In this document: positions 1 to 15,382 of the stretch, one piece after another
How positions within the stretch are numbered: position 1 is the first letter of the stretch
How the letters are laid out: each line of letters begins with the position of its first letter
DNA from: Macrostomum lignano
Taxonomy: Eukaryota
Direction of reading: 5' to 3'
Length of the DNA: 64,000 nt
Assembly: GCA_002269645.1 (NCBI GenBank)
Contig: NIVC01002970.1
Location: 1 to 64,000 of the forward strand
Program-made: the position numbers and the translations under genes
Notes under the pieces: model-generated
Databases searched by the model: none
The model's input: only the letters and a program-made list of their open reading frames with translations
What the model was told of the DNA's origin: nothing

Positions 1-3000
1 CTGAAAACTGAGATCTGGAAGGAACATTATCAATCTAGAAGCCTACAAGACGCCAAGGCTCCATTGTTCCCTACTCGAACTTACAGATCCCAAGTCCCCT
101 GCTCAGTACATTAATATGCAGAAAGTACTTTAGTGTACTTCGACAGGAACCATTGTGAGTACGAAGCTGAAAACTGAGATCTGGAAGGAAACATTATCAA
201 TCTAGAAGCCTACAAGACGCCAAGGCTCATCTGTTCTACTCGAACTACAGACTCCAAGTCCCCCTGCTCAGACATTAATATGCAGAAAGTACTTTAGTGT
301 ACTTCGACAAGAACCATTGTGAGTACGAAGCTGAAAACTGAGATCTGGAAGGAAACATTATCAATCTAGAAGCCTACAAGACGCCAAGGCTCCATCTGTT
401 CCCTACTCGAACTTACAGACTCCCAAGTCCCCCCTGCTCAGTACTTAATATGCAGAAAGTACTTTAGTGTACTTCGACAAGAACCATGTGAGTACGAAGC
501 TGAAAACTGAGATCTGGAAGGAAACATTATCAATCTAGAAGCCTACAAGACGCCAAGGCTCCATCTGTTCCCTACTCGAACTTACAGACTCCCAAGTCCC
601 CCTGCTCAGTACATTAATATGCAGAAAGTACTTTAGTGTACTTCGACAAGAACCATTGTGAGTACGAAGCTGAAAACTGAGATCTGGAAGGAAACATTAT
701 CAATCTAGAAAGCCTACAAGACGCCAAGGCTCCATCTGTTCCCTACTCGAACTTACAGACTCCCAAGTCCCCCTGCTCAGTACATTAATATGCAGAAAGT
801 ACTTTAGTGTACTTCGACAGGAACCATTGTGAGTACGAAGCTGAAAACTGAGATCTGGAAGGAAACATTATCAATCTAGAAGCCTACAAGACGCCAAGGC
901 TCCATCTGTTCCCTACTCGAACTTACAGACTCCAAGTCCCCCTGCTCAGTACATTAATATGCAGAAAGTACTTTAGTGTACTTCGACAAGAACCATTGTG
1001 AGTACGAAGCTGAAAACTGAGATCTGGAAGGAAACATTATCAATCTAGAAGCCTACAAGACGCCAAGGCTCCATCTGTTCCCTACTCGAACTTACAGACT
1101 CCCAAGTCCCCCTGCTCAGTACATTAATATGCAGAAAGTACTTTAGTGTACTTCGACAGAACCATTGTGAGTACGAAGCTGAAAACTGAGATCTGGAAGG
1201 AAACATTATCAATCTAGAAGCCTACAAGACGCCAAGGCTCCATCTGTTCCCTACTCGAACTTACAGACTCCCAAGTCCCCCCTGCTCAGTACATTAATAT
1301 GCAGAAAGTACTTTAGTGTACTTCGACAAGAACCATTGTGAGTACGAAGCTGAAAACTGAGATCTGGAAGGAAACATTATCAATCTAGAAGCCTACAAGA
1401 CGCCAAGGCTCCATCTGTTCCCTACTCGAACTTACAGACTCCCAAGTCCCCCCTGCTCAGTACATTAATATGCAGAAAGTACTTTAGTGTACTTCGACAG
1501 AACCATTGTGAGTACGAAGCTGAAAACTGAGATCTGGAAGGAAACATTATCAATCTAGAAGCCTACAAGACGCCAAGGCTCCATCTGTTCCCTACTCGAA
1601 CTTACAGACTCCCAAGTCCCCCCTGCTCAGTACATTAATATGCAGAAAGTACTTTAGTGTACTTCGACAAGAACCATTGTGAGTACGAAGCTGAAAACTG
1701 AGATCTGGAAGGAAACATTATCAATCTAGAAGCCTACAAGACGCCAAGGCTCCATCTGTTCCCTACTCGAACTTACAGACTCCCAAGTCCCCCTGCTCAG
1801 TACATATGCAGAAAGTACTTTAGTGTACTTCGACAGAACCATTGTGAGTACGAAGCTGAAAACTGAGATCTGGAAGGAAACATTATCAATCTAGAAGCCT
1901 ACAAGACGCCAAGGCTCCATCTGTTCCCTACTCGAACTTACAGACTCCCAAGTCCCCCCTGCTCAGTACATTAATATGCAGAAAGTACTTTAGTGTACTT
2001 CGACAGAACCATTGTGAGTACGAAGCTGAAAACTGAGATCTGGAAGGAAACATTATCAATCTAGAAGCCTACAAGACGCCAAGGCTCCATCTGTTCCCTA
2101 CTCGAACTTACAGACTCCCAAGTCCCCCTGCTCAGTACATTAATATGCAGAAAGTACTTTAGTGTACTTCGAAGAACCATTGTGAGTACGAAGCTGAAAA
2201 CTGAGATCTGGAAGGAAACATTATCAATCTAGAAGCCTACAAGACGCCAAGGCTCCATCTGTTCCCTACTCGAACTTACAGACTCCCAAGTCCCCCTGCT
2301 CAGTACATTAATATGCAGAAAGTACTTTAGTGTACTTCGACAAGAACCATTGTGAGTACGAAGCTGAAAACTGAGATCTGGAAGGAAACATTATCAATCT
2401 AGAAGCCTACAAGACGCCAAGGCTCCATCTGTTCCCTACTCGAACTTACAGACTCCCAAGTCCCCCCTGCTCAGTACATTAATATGCAGAAAGTACTTTA
2501 GTGTACTTCGACAGAACCATTGTGAGTACGAAGCTGAAAACTGAGATCTGGAAGGAAACATTATCAATCTAGAAGCCTACAAGACGCCAAGGCTCCATCT
2601 GTTCCCTACTCGAACTTACAGACTCCCAAGTCCCCCCTGCTCAGTACATTAATATGCAGAAAGTACTTTAGTGTACTTCGACAGAACCATTGTGAGTACG
2701 AAGCTGAAAACTGAGATCTGGAAGGAAACATTATCAATCTAGAAGCCTACAAGACGCCAAGGCTCCATCTGTTCCCTACTCGAACTTACAGACTCCCAAG
2801 TCCCCCCTGCTCAGTACATTAATATGCAGAAAGTACTTTAGTGTACTTCGACAAGGAACCATTGTGAGTACGAAGCTGAAAACTGAGATCTGGAAGGAAA
2901 CATTATCAATCTAGAAGCCTACAAGACGCCAAGGCTCCATCTGTTCCCTACTCGAACTTACAGACTCCCAAGTCCCCCCTGCTCAGTACATTAATATGCA

Positions 3001-6000
3001 GAAAGTACTTTAGTGTACTTCGACAGAACCATTGTGAGTACGAAGCTGAAAACTGAGATCTGGAAGGAAACATTATCAATCTAGAAGCCTACAAGACGCC
3101 AAGGCTCCATCTGTTCCCTACTCGAACTTACAGACTCCCAAGTCCCCCTGCTCAGTACATTAATATGCAGAAAGTACTTTAGTGTACTTCGACAGAACCA
3201 TTGTGAGTACGAAGCTGAAAACTGAGATCTGGAAGGAAACATTATCAATCTAGAAGCCTACAAGACGCCAAGGCTCCATCTGTTCCCTACTCGAACTTAC
3301 AGACTCCCAAGTCCCCCCTGCTCAGTACATTAATATGCAGAAAGTACTTTAGTGTACTTCGACAGAACCATTGTGAGTACGAAGCTGAAAACTGAGATCT
3401 GGAAGGAAACATTATCAATCTAGAAGCCTACAAGACGCCAAGGCTCCATCTGTTCCCTACTCGAACTTACAGACTCCCAAGTCCCCCCTGCTCAGTACAT
3501 TAATATGCAGAAAGTACTTTAGTGTACTTCGAAGAACCATTGTGAGTACGAAGCTGAAAACTGAGATCTGGAAGGAAACATTATCAATCTAGAAGCCTAC
3601 AAGACGCCAAGGCTCCATCTGTTCCCTACTCGAACTTACAGACTCCCAAGTCCCCCCTGCTCAGTACATTAATATGCAGAAAGTACTTTAGTGTACTTCG
3701 ACAAGAACCATTGTGAGTACGAAGCTGAAAACTGAGATCTGGAAGGAAACATTATCAATCTAGAAGCCTACAAGACGCCAAGGCTCCATCTGTTCCCTAC
3801 TCGAACTTACAGACTCCCAAGTCCCCCCTGCTCAGTACATTAATATGCAGAAAGTACTTTAGTGTACTTCGACAGAACCATTGTGAGTACGAAGCTGAAA
3901 ACTGAGATCTGGAAGGAAACATTATCAATCTAGAAGCCTACAAGACGCCAAGGCTCCATCTGTTCCCTACTCGAACTTACAGACTCCCAAGTCCCCCCTG
4001 CTCAGTACATTAATATGCAGAAAGTACTTTAGTGTACTTCGACAGAACCATTGTGAGTACGAAGCTGAAAACTGAGATCTGGAAGGAAACATTATCAATC
4101 TAGAAGCCTACAAGACGCCAAGGCTCCATCTGTTCCCTACTCGAACTTACAGACTCCCAAGTCCCCCCTGCTCAGTACATTAATATGCAGAAAGTACTTT
4201 AGTGTACTTCGACAAGAACCATTGTGAGTACGAAGCTGAAAACTGAGATCTGGAAGGAAACATTATCAATCTAGAAGCCTACAAGACGCCAAGGCTCCAT
4301 CTGTTCCCTACTCGAACTTACAGACTCCCAAGTCCCCCTGCTCAGTACATTAATATGCAGAAAGTACTTTAGTGTACTTCGACAAGAACCATTGTGAGTA
4401 CGAAGCTGAAAACTGAGATCTGGAAGGAAACATTATCAATCTAGAAGCCTACAAGACGCCAAGGCTCCATCTGTTCCCTACTCGAACTTACAGACTCCCA
4501 AGTCCCCCCTGCTCAGTACATTAATATGCAGAAAGTACTTTAGTGTACTTCGACAAGAACCATTGTGAGTACGAAGCTGAAAACTGAGATCTGGAAGGAA
4601 ACATTATCAATCTAGAAGCCTACAAGACGCCAAGGCTCCATCTGTTCCCTACTCGAACTTACAGACTCCCAAGTCCCCCTGCTCAGTACATTAATATGCA
4701 GAAAGTACTTTAGTGTACTTCGACAGAACCATTGTGAGTACGAAGCTGAAAACTGAGATCTGGAAGGAAACATTATCAATCTAGAAGCCTACAAGACGCC
4801 AAGGCTCCATCTGTTCCCTACTCGAACTTACAGAAGTCAAGTCCCCCTGCTCAGTACATTAATATGCAGAAAGTACTTTAGTGTACTTCGACAGAACCAT
4901 TGTGAGTACGAAGCTGAAAACTGAGATCTGGAAGGAAACATTATCAATCTAGAAGCCTACAAGACGCCAAGGCTCCATCTGTTCCCTACTCGAACTTACA
5001 GACTCCCAAGTCCCCCCTGCTCAGTACATTAATATGCAGAAAGTACTTTAGTGTACTTCGAAGAACCATTGTGAGTACGAAGCTGAAAACTGAGATCTGG
5101 AAGGAAACATTATCAATCTAGAAGCCTACAAGACGCCAAGGCTCCATCTGTTCCCTACTCGAACTTACAGACTCCCAAGTCCCCCCTGCTCAGTACATTA
5201 ATATGCAGAAAGTACTTTAGTGTACTTCGACAGAACCATTGTGAGTACGAAGCTGAAAACTGAGATCTGGAAGGAAACATTATCAATCTAGAAGCCTACA
5301 AGACGCCAAGGCTCCATCTGTTCCCTACTCGAACTTACAGACTCCCAAGTCCCCCCTGCTCAGTACATTAATATGCAGAAAGTACTTTAGTGTACTTCGA
5401 CAGAACCATTGTGAGTACGAAGCTGAAAACTGAGATCTGGAAGGAAACATTATCAATCTAGAAGCCTACAAGACGCCAAGGCTCCATCTGTTCCCTACTC
5501 GAACTTACAGACTCCCAAGTCCCCCTGCTCAGTACATTAATATGCAGAAAGTACTTTAGTGTACTTCGACAAGAACCATTGTGAGTACGAAGCTGAAAAC
5601 TGAGATCTGGAAGGAAACATTATCAATCTAGAAGCCTACAAGACGCCAAGGCTCCATCTGTTCCCTACTCGAACTTACAGACTCCCAAGTCCCCCCTGCT
5701 CAGTACATTAATATGCAGAAAGTACTTTAGTGTACTTCGACAGAACCATTGTGAGTACGAAGCTGAAAACTGAGATCTGGAAGGAAACATTATCAATCTA
5801 GAAGCCTACAAGACGCCAAGGCTCCATCTGTTCCCTACTCGAACTTACAGACTCCCAAGTCCCCCCTGCTCAGTACATTAATATGCAGAAAGTACTTTAG
5901 TGTACTTCGACAGAACCATTGTGAGTACGAAGCTGAAAACTGAGATCTGGAAGGAAACATTATCAATCTAGAAGCCTACAAGACGCCAAGGCTCCATCTG

Positions 6001-9000
6001 TTCCCTACTCGAACTTACAGACTCCCAAGTCCCCCCTGCTCAGTACATTAATATGCAGAAAGTACTTTAGTGTACTTCGACAGAACCATTGTGAGTACGA
6101 AGCTGAAAACTGAGATCTGGAAGGAAACATTATCAATCTAGAAGCCTACAAGACGCCAAGGCTCCATCTGTTCCCTACTCGAACTTACAGACTCCCAAGT
6201 CCCCCCTGCTCAGTACATTAATATGCAGAAAGTACTTTAGTGTACTTCGACAAGAACCATTGTGAGTACGAAGCTGAAAACTGAGATCTGGAAGGAAACA
6301 TTATCAATCTAGAAGCCTACAAGACGCCAAGGCTCCATCTGTTCCCTACTCGAACTTACAGACTCCCAAGTCCCCCTGCTCAGTACATTAATATGCAGAA
6401 AGTACTTTAGTGTACTTCGACAGAACCATTGTGAGTACGAAGCTGAAAACTGAGATCTGGAAGGAAACATTATCAATCTAGAAGCCTACAAGACGCCAAG
6501 GCTCCATCTGTTCCCTACTCGAACTTACAGACTCCCAAGTCCCCCCTGCTCAGTACATTAATATGCAGAAAGTACTTTAGTGTACTTCGACAGAACCATT
6601 GTGAGTACGAAGCTGAAAACTGAGATCTGGAAGGAAACATTATCAATCTAGAAGCCTACAAGACGCCAAGGCTCCATCTGTTCCCTACTCGAACTTACAG
6701 ACTCCCAAGTCCCCCTGCTCAGTACATTAATATGCAGAAAGTACTTTAGTGTACTTCGACAGAACCATTGTGAGTACGAAGCTGAAAACTGAGATCTGGA
6801 AGGAAACATTATCAATCTAGAAGCCTACAAGACGCCAAGGCTCCATCTGTTCCCTACTCGAACTTACAGACTCCCAAGTCCCCCCTGCTCAGTACATTAA
6901 TATGCAGAAAGTACTTTAGTGTACTTCGACAGAACCATTGTGAGTACGAAGCTGAAAACTGAGATCTGGAAGGAAACATTATCAATCTAGAAGCCTACAA
7001 GACGCCAAGGCTCCATCTGTTCCCTACTCGAACTTACAGACTCCCAAGTCCCCCCTGCTCAGTACATTAATATGCAGAAAGTACTTTAGTGTACTTCGAC
7101 AGAACCATTGTGAGTACGAAGCTGAAAACTGAGATCTGGAAGGAAACATTATCAATCTAGAAGCCTACAAGACGCCAAGGCTCCATCTGTTCCCTACTCG
7201 AACTTACAGACTCCCAAGTCCCCCTGCTCAGTACATTAATATGCAGAAAGTACTTTAGTGTACTTCGACAAGAACCATTGTGAGTACGAAGCTGAAAACT
7301 GAGATCTGGAAGGAAACATTATCAATCTAGAAGCCTACAAGACGCCAAGGCTCCATCTGTTCCCTACTCGAACTTACAGACTCCCAAGTCCCCCCTGCTC
7401 AGTACATTAATATGCAGAAAGTACTTTAGTGTACTTCGACAGAACCATTGTGAGTACGAAGCTGAAAACTGAGATCTGGAAGGAAACATTATCAATCTAG
7501 AAGCCTACAAGACGCCAAGGCTCCATCTGTTCCCTACTCGAACTTACAGACTCCCAAGTCCCCCCTGCTCAGTACATTAATATGCAGAAAGTACTTTAGT
7601 GTACTTCGACAGAACCATTGTGAGTACGAAGCTGAAAACTGAGATCTGGAAGGAAACATTATCAATCTAGAAGCCTACAAGACGCCAAGGCTCCATCTGT
7701 TCCCTACTCGAACTTACAGACTCCCAAGTCCCCCCTGCTCAGTACATTAATATGCAGAAAGTACTTTAGTGTACTTCGACAGAACCATTGTGAGTACGAA
7801 GCTGAAAACTGAGATCTGGAAGGAAACATTATCAATCTAGAAGCCTACAAGACGCCAAGGCTCCATCTGTTCCCTACTCGAACTTACAGACTCCCAAGTC
7901 CCCCCTGCTCAGTACATTAATATGCAGAAAGTACTTTAGTGTACTTCGACAGAACCATTGTGAGTACGAAGCTGAAAACTGAGATCTGGAAGGAAACATT
8001 ATCAATCTAGAAGCCTACAAGACGCCAAGGCTCCATCTGTTCCCTACTCGAACTTACAGACTCCCAAGTCCCCCCTGCTCAGTACATTAATATGCAGAAA
8101 GTACTTTAGTGTACTTCGACAGAACCATTGTGAGTACGAAGCTGAAAACTGAGATCTGGAAGGAAACATTATCAATCTAGAAGCCTACAAGACGCCAAGG
8201 CTCCATCTGTTCCCTACTCGAACTTACAGACTCCCAAGTCCCCCCTGCTCAGTACATTAATATGCAGAAAGTACTTTAGTGTACTTCGACAGAACCATTG
8301 TGAGTACGAAGCTGAAAACTGAGATCTGGAAGGAAACATTATCAATCTAGAAGCCTACAAGACGCCAAGGCTCCATCTGTTCCCTACTCGAACTTACAGA
8401 CTCCCAAGTCCCCCCTGCTCAGTACATTAATATGCAGAAAGTACTTTAGTGTACTTCGACAGAACCATTGTGAGTACGAAGCTGAAAACTGAGATCTGGA
8501 AGGAAACATTATCAATCTAGAAGCCTACAAGACGCCAAGGCTCCATCTGTTCCCTACTCGAACTTACAGACTCCCAAGTCCCCCCTGCTCAGTACATTAA
8601 TATGCAGAAAGTACTTTAGTGTACTTCGACAGAACCATTGTGAGTACGAAGCTGAAAACTGAGATCTGGAAGGAAACATTATCAATCTAGAAGCCTACAA
8701 GACGCCAAGGCTCCATCTGTTCCCTACTCGAACTTACAGACTCCCAAGTCCCCCTGCTCAGTACATTAATATGCAGAAAGTACTTTAGTGTACTTCGACA
8801 AGAACCATTGTGAGTACGAAGCTGAAAACTGAGATCTGGAAGGAAACATTATCAATCTAGAAGCCTACAAGACGCCAAGGCTCCATCTGTTCCCTACTCG
8901 AACTTACAGACTCCCAAGTCCCCCCTGCTCAGTACATTAATATGCAGAAAGTACTTTAGTGTACTTCGACAGAACCATTGTGAGTACGAAGCTGAAAACT

Positions 9001-12000
9001 GAGATCTGGAAGGAAACATTATCAATCTAGAAGCCTACAAGACGCCAAGGCTCCATCTGTTCCCTACTCGAACTTACAGACTCCCAAGTCCCCCCTGCTC
9101 AGTACATTAATATGCAGAAAGTACTTTAGTGTACTTCGACAGAACCATTGTGAGTACGAAGCTGAAAACTGAGATCTGGAAGGAAACATTATCAATCTAG
9201 AAGCCTACAAGACGCCAAGGCTCCATCTGTTCCCTACTCGAACTTACAGACTCCCAAGTCCCCCCTGCTCAGTACATTAATATGCAGAAAGTACTTTAGT
9301 GTACTTCGACAGAACCATTGTGAGTACGAAGCTGAAAACTGAGATCTGGAAGGAAACATTATCAATCTAGAAGCCTACAAGACGCCAAGGCTCCATCTGT
9401 TCCCTACTCGAACTTACAGACTCCCAAGTCCCCCCTGCTCAGTACATTAATATGCAGAAAGTACTTTAGTGTACTTCGACAGGAACCATTGTGAGTACGA
9501 AGCTGAAAACTGAGATCTGGAAGGAAACATTATCAATCTAGAAGCCTACAAGACGCCAAGGCTCCATCTGTTCCCTACTCGAACTTACAGACTCCCAAGT
9601 CCCCCCTGCTCAGTACATTAATATGCAGAAAGTACTTTAGTGTACTTCGACAAGAACCATTGTGAGTACGAAGCTGAAAACTGAGATCTGGAAGGAAACA
9701 TTATCAATCTAGAAGCCTACAAGACGCCAAGGCTCCATCTGTTCCCTACTCGAACTTACAGACTCCCAAGTCCCCCCTGCTCAGTACATTAATATGCAGA
9801 AAGTACTTTAGTGTACTTCGACAAGAACCATTGTGAGTACGAAGCTGAAAACTGAGATCTGGAAGGAAACATTATCAATCTAGAAGCCTACAAGACGCCA
9901 AGGCTCCATCTGTTCCCTACTCGAACTTACAGACTCCCAAGTCCCCCCTGCTCAGTACATTAATATGCAGAAAGTACTTTAGTGTACTTCGACAGAACCA
10001 TTGTGAGTACGAAGCTGAAAACTGAGATCTGGAAGGAAACATTATCAATCTAGAAGCCTACAAGACGCCAAGGCTCCATCTGTTCCCTACTCGAACTTAC
10101 AGACTCCCAAGTCCCCCTGCTCAGTACATTAATATGCAGAAAGTACTTTAGTGTACTTCGACAGAACCATTGTGAGTACGAAGCTGAAAACTGAGATCTG
10201 GAAGGAAACATTATCAATCTAGAAGCCTACAAGACGCCAAGGCTCCATCTGTTCCCTACTCGAACTTACAGACTCCCAAGTCCCCCCTGCTCAGTACATT
10301 AATATGCAGAAAGTACTTTAGTGTACTTCGACAAGAACCATTGTGAGTACGAAGCTGAAAACTGAGATCTGGAAGGAAACATTATCAATCTAGAAGCCTA
10401 CAAGACGCCAAGGCTCCATCTGTTCCCTACTCGAACTTACAGACTCCCAAGTCCCCCCTGCTCAGTACATTAATATGCAGAAAGTACTTTAGTGTACTTC
10501 GACAGAACCATTGTGAGTACGAAGCTGAAAACTGAGATCTGGAAGGAAACATTATCAATCTAGAAGCCTACAAGACGCCAAGGCTCCATCTGTTCCCTAC
10601 TCGAACTTACAGACTCCCAAGTCCCCCCTGCTCAGTACATTAATATGCAGAAAGTACTTTAGTGTACTTCGACAGAACCATTGTGAGTACGAAGCTGAAA
10701 ACTGAGATCTGGAAGGAAACATTATCAATCTAGAAGCCTACAAGACGCCAAGGCTCCATCTGTTCCCTACTCGAACTTACAGACTCCCAAGTCCCCCCTG
10801 CTCAGTACATTAATATGCAGAAAGTACTTTAGTGTACTTCGACAGAACCATTGTGAGTACGAAGCTGAAAACTGAGATCTGGAAGGAAACATTATCAATC
10901 TAGAAGCCTACAAGACGCCAAGGCTCCATCTGTTCCCTACTCGAACTTACAGACTCCCAAGTCCCCCTGCTCAGTACATTAATATGCAGAAAGTACTTTA
11001 GTGTACTTCGACAGAACCATTGTGAGTACGAAGCTGAAAACTGAGATCTGGAAGGAAACATTATCAATCTAGAAGCCTACAAGACGCCAAGGCTCCATCT
11101 GTTCCCTACTCGAACTTACAGACTCCCAAGTCCCCCCTGCTCAGTACATTAATATGCAGAAAGTACTTTAGTGTACTTCGACAAGAACCATTGTGAGTAC
11201 GAAGCTGAAAACTGAGATCTGGAAGGAAACATTATCAATCTAGAAGCCTACAAGACGCCAAGGCTCCATCTGTTCCCTACTCGAACTTACAGACTCCCAA
11301 GTCCCCCCTGCTCAGTACATTAATATGCAGAAAGTACTTTAGTGTACTTCGACAAGAACCATTGTGAGTACGAAGCTGAAAACTGAGATCTGGAAGGAAA
11401 CATTATCAATCTAGAAGCCTACAAGACGCCAAGGCTCCATCTGTTCCCTACTCGAACTTACAGACTCCCAAGTCCCCCCTGCTCAGTACATTAATATGCA
11501 GAAAGTACTTTAGTGTACTTCGACAGAACCATTGTGAGTACGAAGCTGAAAACTGAGATCTGGAAGGAAACATTATCAATCTAGAAGCCTACAAGACGCC
11601 AAGGCTCCATCTGTTCCCTACTCGAACTTACAGACTCCCAAGTCCCCCCTGCTCAGTACATTAATATGCAGAAAGTACTTTAGTGTACTTCGACAAGAAC
11701 CATTGTGAGTACGAAGCTGAAAACTGAGATCTGGAAGGAAACATTATCAATCTAGAAGCCTACAAGACGCCAAGGCTCCATCTGTTCCCTACTCGAACTT
11801 ACAGACTCCCAAGTCCCCCCTGCTCAGTACATTAATATGCAGAAAGTACTTTAGTGTACTTCGACAAGAACCATTGTGAGTACGAAGCTGAAAACTGAGA
11901 TCTGGAAGGAAACATTATCAATCTAGAAGCCTACAAGACGCCAAGGCTCCATCTGTTCCCTACTCGAACTTACAGACTCCCAAGTCCCCCCTGCTCAGTA

Positions 12001-15000
12001 CATTAATATGCAGAAAGTACTTTAGTGTACTTCGACAAGAACCATTGTGAGTACGAAGCTGAAAACTGAGATCTGGAAGGAAACATTATCAATCTAGAAG
12101 CCTACAAGACGCCAAGGCTCCATCTGTTCCCTACTCGAACTTACAGACTCCCAAGTCCCCCCTGCTCAGTACATTAATATGCAGAAAGTACTTTAGTGTA
12201 CTTCGACAAGAACCATTGTGAGTACGAAGCTGAAAACTGAGATCTGGAAGGAAACATTATCAATCTAGAAGCCTACAAGACGCCAAGGCTCCATCTGTTC
12301 CCTACTCGAACTTACAGACTCCCAAGTCCCCCCTGCTCAGTACATTAATATGCAGAAAGTACTTTAGTGTACTTCGACAGAACCATTGTGAGTACGAAGC
12401 TGAAAACTGAGATCTGGAAGGAAACATTATCAATCTAGAAGCCTACAAGACGCCAAGGCTCCATCTGTTCCCTACTCGAACTTACAGACTCCCAAGTCCC
12501 CCCTGCTCAGTACATTAATATGCAGAAAGTACTTTAGTGTACTTCGACAGAACCATTGTGAGTACGAAGCTGAAAACTGAGATCTGGAAGGAAACATTAT
12601 CAATCTAGAAGCCTACAAGACGCCAAGGCTCCATCTGTTCCCTACTCGAACTTACAGACTCCCAAGTCCCCCCTGCTCAGTACATTAATATGCAGAAAGT
12701 ACTTTAGTGTACTTCGACAAGAACCATTGTGAGTACGAAGCTGAAAACTGAGATCTGGAAGGAAACATTATCAATCTAGAAGCCTACAAGACGCCAAGGC
12801 TCCATCTGTTCCCTACTCGAACTTACAGACTCCCAAGTCCCCCCTGCTCAGTACATTAATATGCAGAAAGTACTTTAGTGTACTTCGACAAGAACCATTG
12901 TGAGTACGAAGCTGAAAACTGAGATCTGGAAGGAAACATTATCAATCTAGAAGCCTACAAGACGCCAAGGCTCCATCTGTTCCCTACTCGAACTTACAGA
13001 CTCCCAAGTCCCCCTGCTCAGTACATTAATATGCAGAAAGTACTTTAGTGTACTTCGACAAGAACCATTGTGAGTACGAAGCTGAAAACTGAGATCTGGA
13101 AGGAAACATTATCAATCTAGAAGCCTACAAGACGCCAAGGCTCCATCTGTTCCCTACTCGAACTTACAGACTCCCAAGTCCCCCCTGCTCAGTACATTAA
13201 TATGCAGAAAGTACTTTAGTGTACTTCGACAAGAACCATTGTGAGTACGAAGCTGAAAACTGAGATCTGGAAGGAAACATTATCAATCTAGAAGCCTACA
13301 AGACGCCAAGGCTCCATCTGTTCCCTACTCGAACTTACAGACTCCCAAGTCCCCCCTGCTCAGTACATTAATATGCAGAAAGTACTTTAGTGTACTTCGA
13401 CAAGAACCATTGTGAGTACGAAGCTGAAAACTGAGATCTGGAAGGAAACATTATCAATCTAGAAGCCTACAAGACGCCAAGGCTCCATCTGTTCCCTACT
13501 CGAACTTACAGACTCCCAAGTCCCCCCTGCTCAGTACATTAATATGCAGAAAGTACTTTAGTGTACTTCGACAGAACCATTGTGAGTACGAAGCTGAAAA
13601 CTGAGATCTGGAAGGAAACATTATCAATCTAGAAGCCTACAAGACGCCAAGGCTCCATCTGTTCCCTACTCGAACTTACAGACTCCCAAGTCCCCCCTGC
13701 TCAGTACATTAATATGCAGAAAGTACTTTAGTGTACTTCGACAAGAACCATTGTGAGTACGAAGCTGAAAACTGAGATCTGGAAGGAAACATTATCAATC
13801 TAGAAGCCTACAAGACGCCAAGGCTCCATCTGTTCCCTACTCGAACTTACAGACTCCCAAGTCCCCCTGCTCAGTACATTAATATGCAGAAAGTACTTTA
13901 GTGTACTTCGACAGAACCATTGTGAGTACGAAGCTGAAAACTGAGATCTGGAAGGAAACATTATCAATCTAGAAGCCTACAAGACGCCAAGGCTCCATCT
14001 GTTCCCTACTCGAACTTACAGACTCCCAAGTCCCCCCTGCTCAGTACATTAATATGCAGAAAGTACTTTAGTGTACTTCGACAAGAACCATTGTGAGTAC
14101 GAAGCTGAAAACTGAGATCTGGAAGGAAACATTATCAATCTAGAAGCCTACAAGACGCCAAGGCTCCATCTGTTCCCTACTCGAACTTACAGACTCCCAA
14201 GTCCCCCCTGCTCAGTACATTAATATGCAGAAAGTACTTTAGTGTACTTCGACAAGAACCATTGTGAGTACGAAGCTGAAAACTGAGATCTGGAAGGAAA
14301 CATTATCAATCTAGAAGCCTACAAGACGCCAAGGCTCCATCTGTTCCCTACTCGAACTTACAGACTCCCAAGTCCCCCCTGCTCAGTACATTAATATGCA
14401 GAAAGTACTTTAGTGTACTTCGACAGAACCATTGTGAGTACGAAGCTGAAAACTGAGATCTGGAAGGAAACATTATCAATCTAGAAGCCTACAAGACGCC
14501 AAGGCTCCATCTGTTCCCTACTCGAACTTACAGACTCCCAAGTCCCCCTGCTCAGTACATTAATATGCAGAAAGTACTTTAGTGTACTTCGACAAGAACC
14601 ATTGTGAGTACGAAGCTGAAAACTGAGATCTGGAAGGAAACATTATCAATCTAGAAGCCTACAAGACGCCAAGGCTCCATCTGTTCCTACTCGAACTTAC
14701 AGACTCCCAAGTCCCCCCTGCTCAGTACATTAATATGCAGAAAGTACTTTAGTGTACTTCGACAAGAACCATTGTGAGTACGAAGCTGAAAACTGAGATC
14801 TGGAAGGAAACATTATCAATCTAGAAGCCTACAAGACGCCAAGGCTCCATCTGTTCCCTACTCGAACTTACAGACTCCCAAGTCCCCCTGCTCAGTACAT
14901 TAATATGCAGAAAGTACTTTAGTGTACTTCGACAAGAACCATTGTGAGTACGAAGCTGAAAACTGAGATCTGGAAGGAAACATTATCAATCTAGAAGCCT

Positions 15001-15382
15001 ACAAGACGCCAAGGCTCCATCTGTTCCCTACTCGAACTTACAGACTCCCAAGTCCCCCCTGCTCAGTACACTCAGCTGCAGAAAGTACTTTAGTGTACTT
15101 CGACAAGAACCATTGTGAGTACGAAGCTGAAAACTGAGATCTGGAAGGAAACATTATCAATCTAGAAGCCTACAAGACGCCAAGGCTCCATCTGTTCCCT
15201 ACTCGAACTTACAGACTCCCAAGTCCCCCCTGCTCAGTACATTAATATGCAGAAAGTACTTTAGTGTACTTCGACAGGAACCATTGTGAGTACGAAGCTG
15301 AAAACTGAGATCTGGAAGGAAACATTATCAATCTAGAAGCCTACAAGACGCCAAGGCTCCATCTGTTCGAACTTACAGACTC
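1..15382 (+). repeat. Satellite array, 170-171 bp monomer, about 90 near-identical copies (continues beyond window start)
   Basis: Monomer CTGAAAACTGAGATCTGGAAGGAAACATTATCAATCTAGAAGCCTACAAGACGCCAAGGCTCCATCTGTTCCCTACTCGAACTTACAGACTCCCAAGTCCCCCCTGCTCAGTACATTAATATGCAGAAAGTACTTTAGTGTACTTCGACA(A/G)GAACCATTGTGAGTACGAAG. The period is exactly 170 in the middle (e.g. 7451 to 7621; 7801 to 8821 = 6 units). Variation is mostly C5/C6 and ACAG/ACAAG/ACAGG. The array ends at 15382 after a 7-bp deletion in the last unit. No ORFs. Confidence 0.99.
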
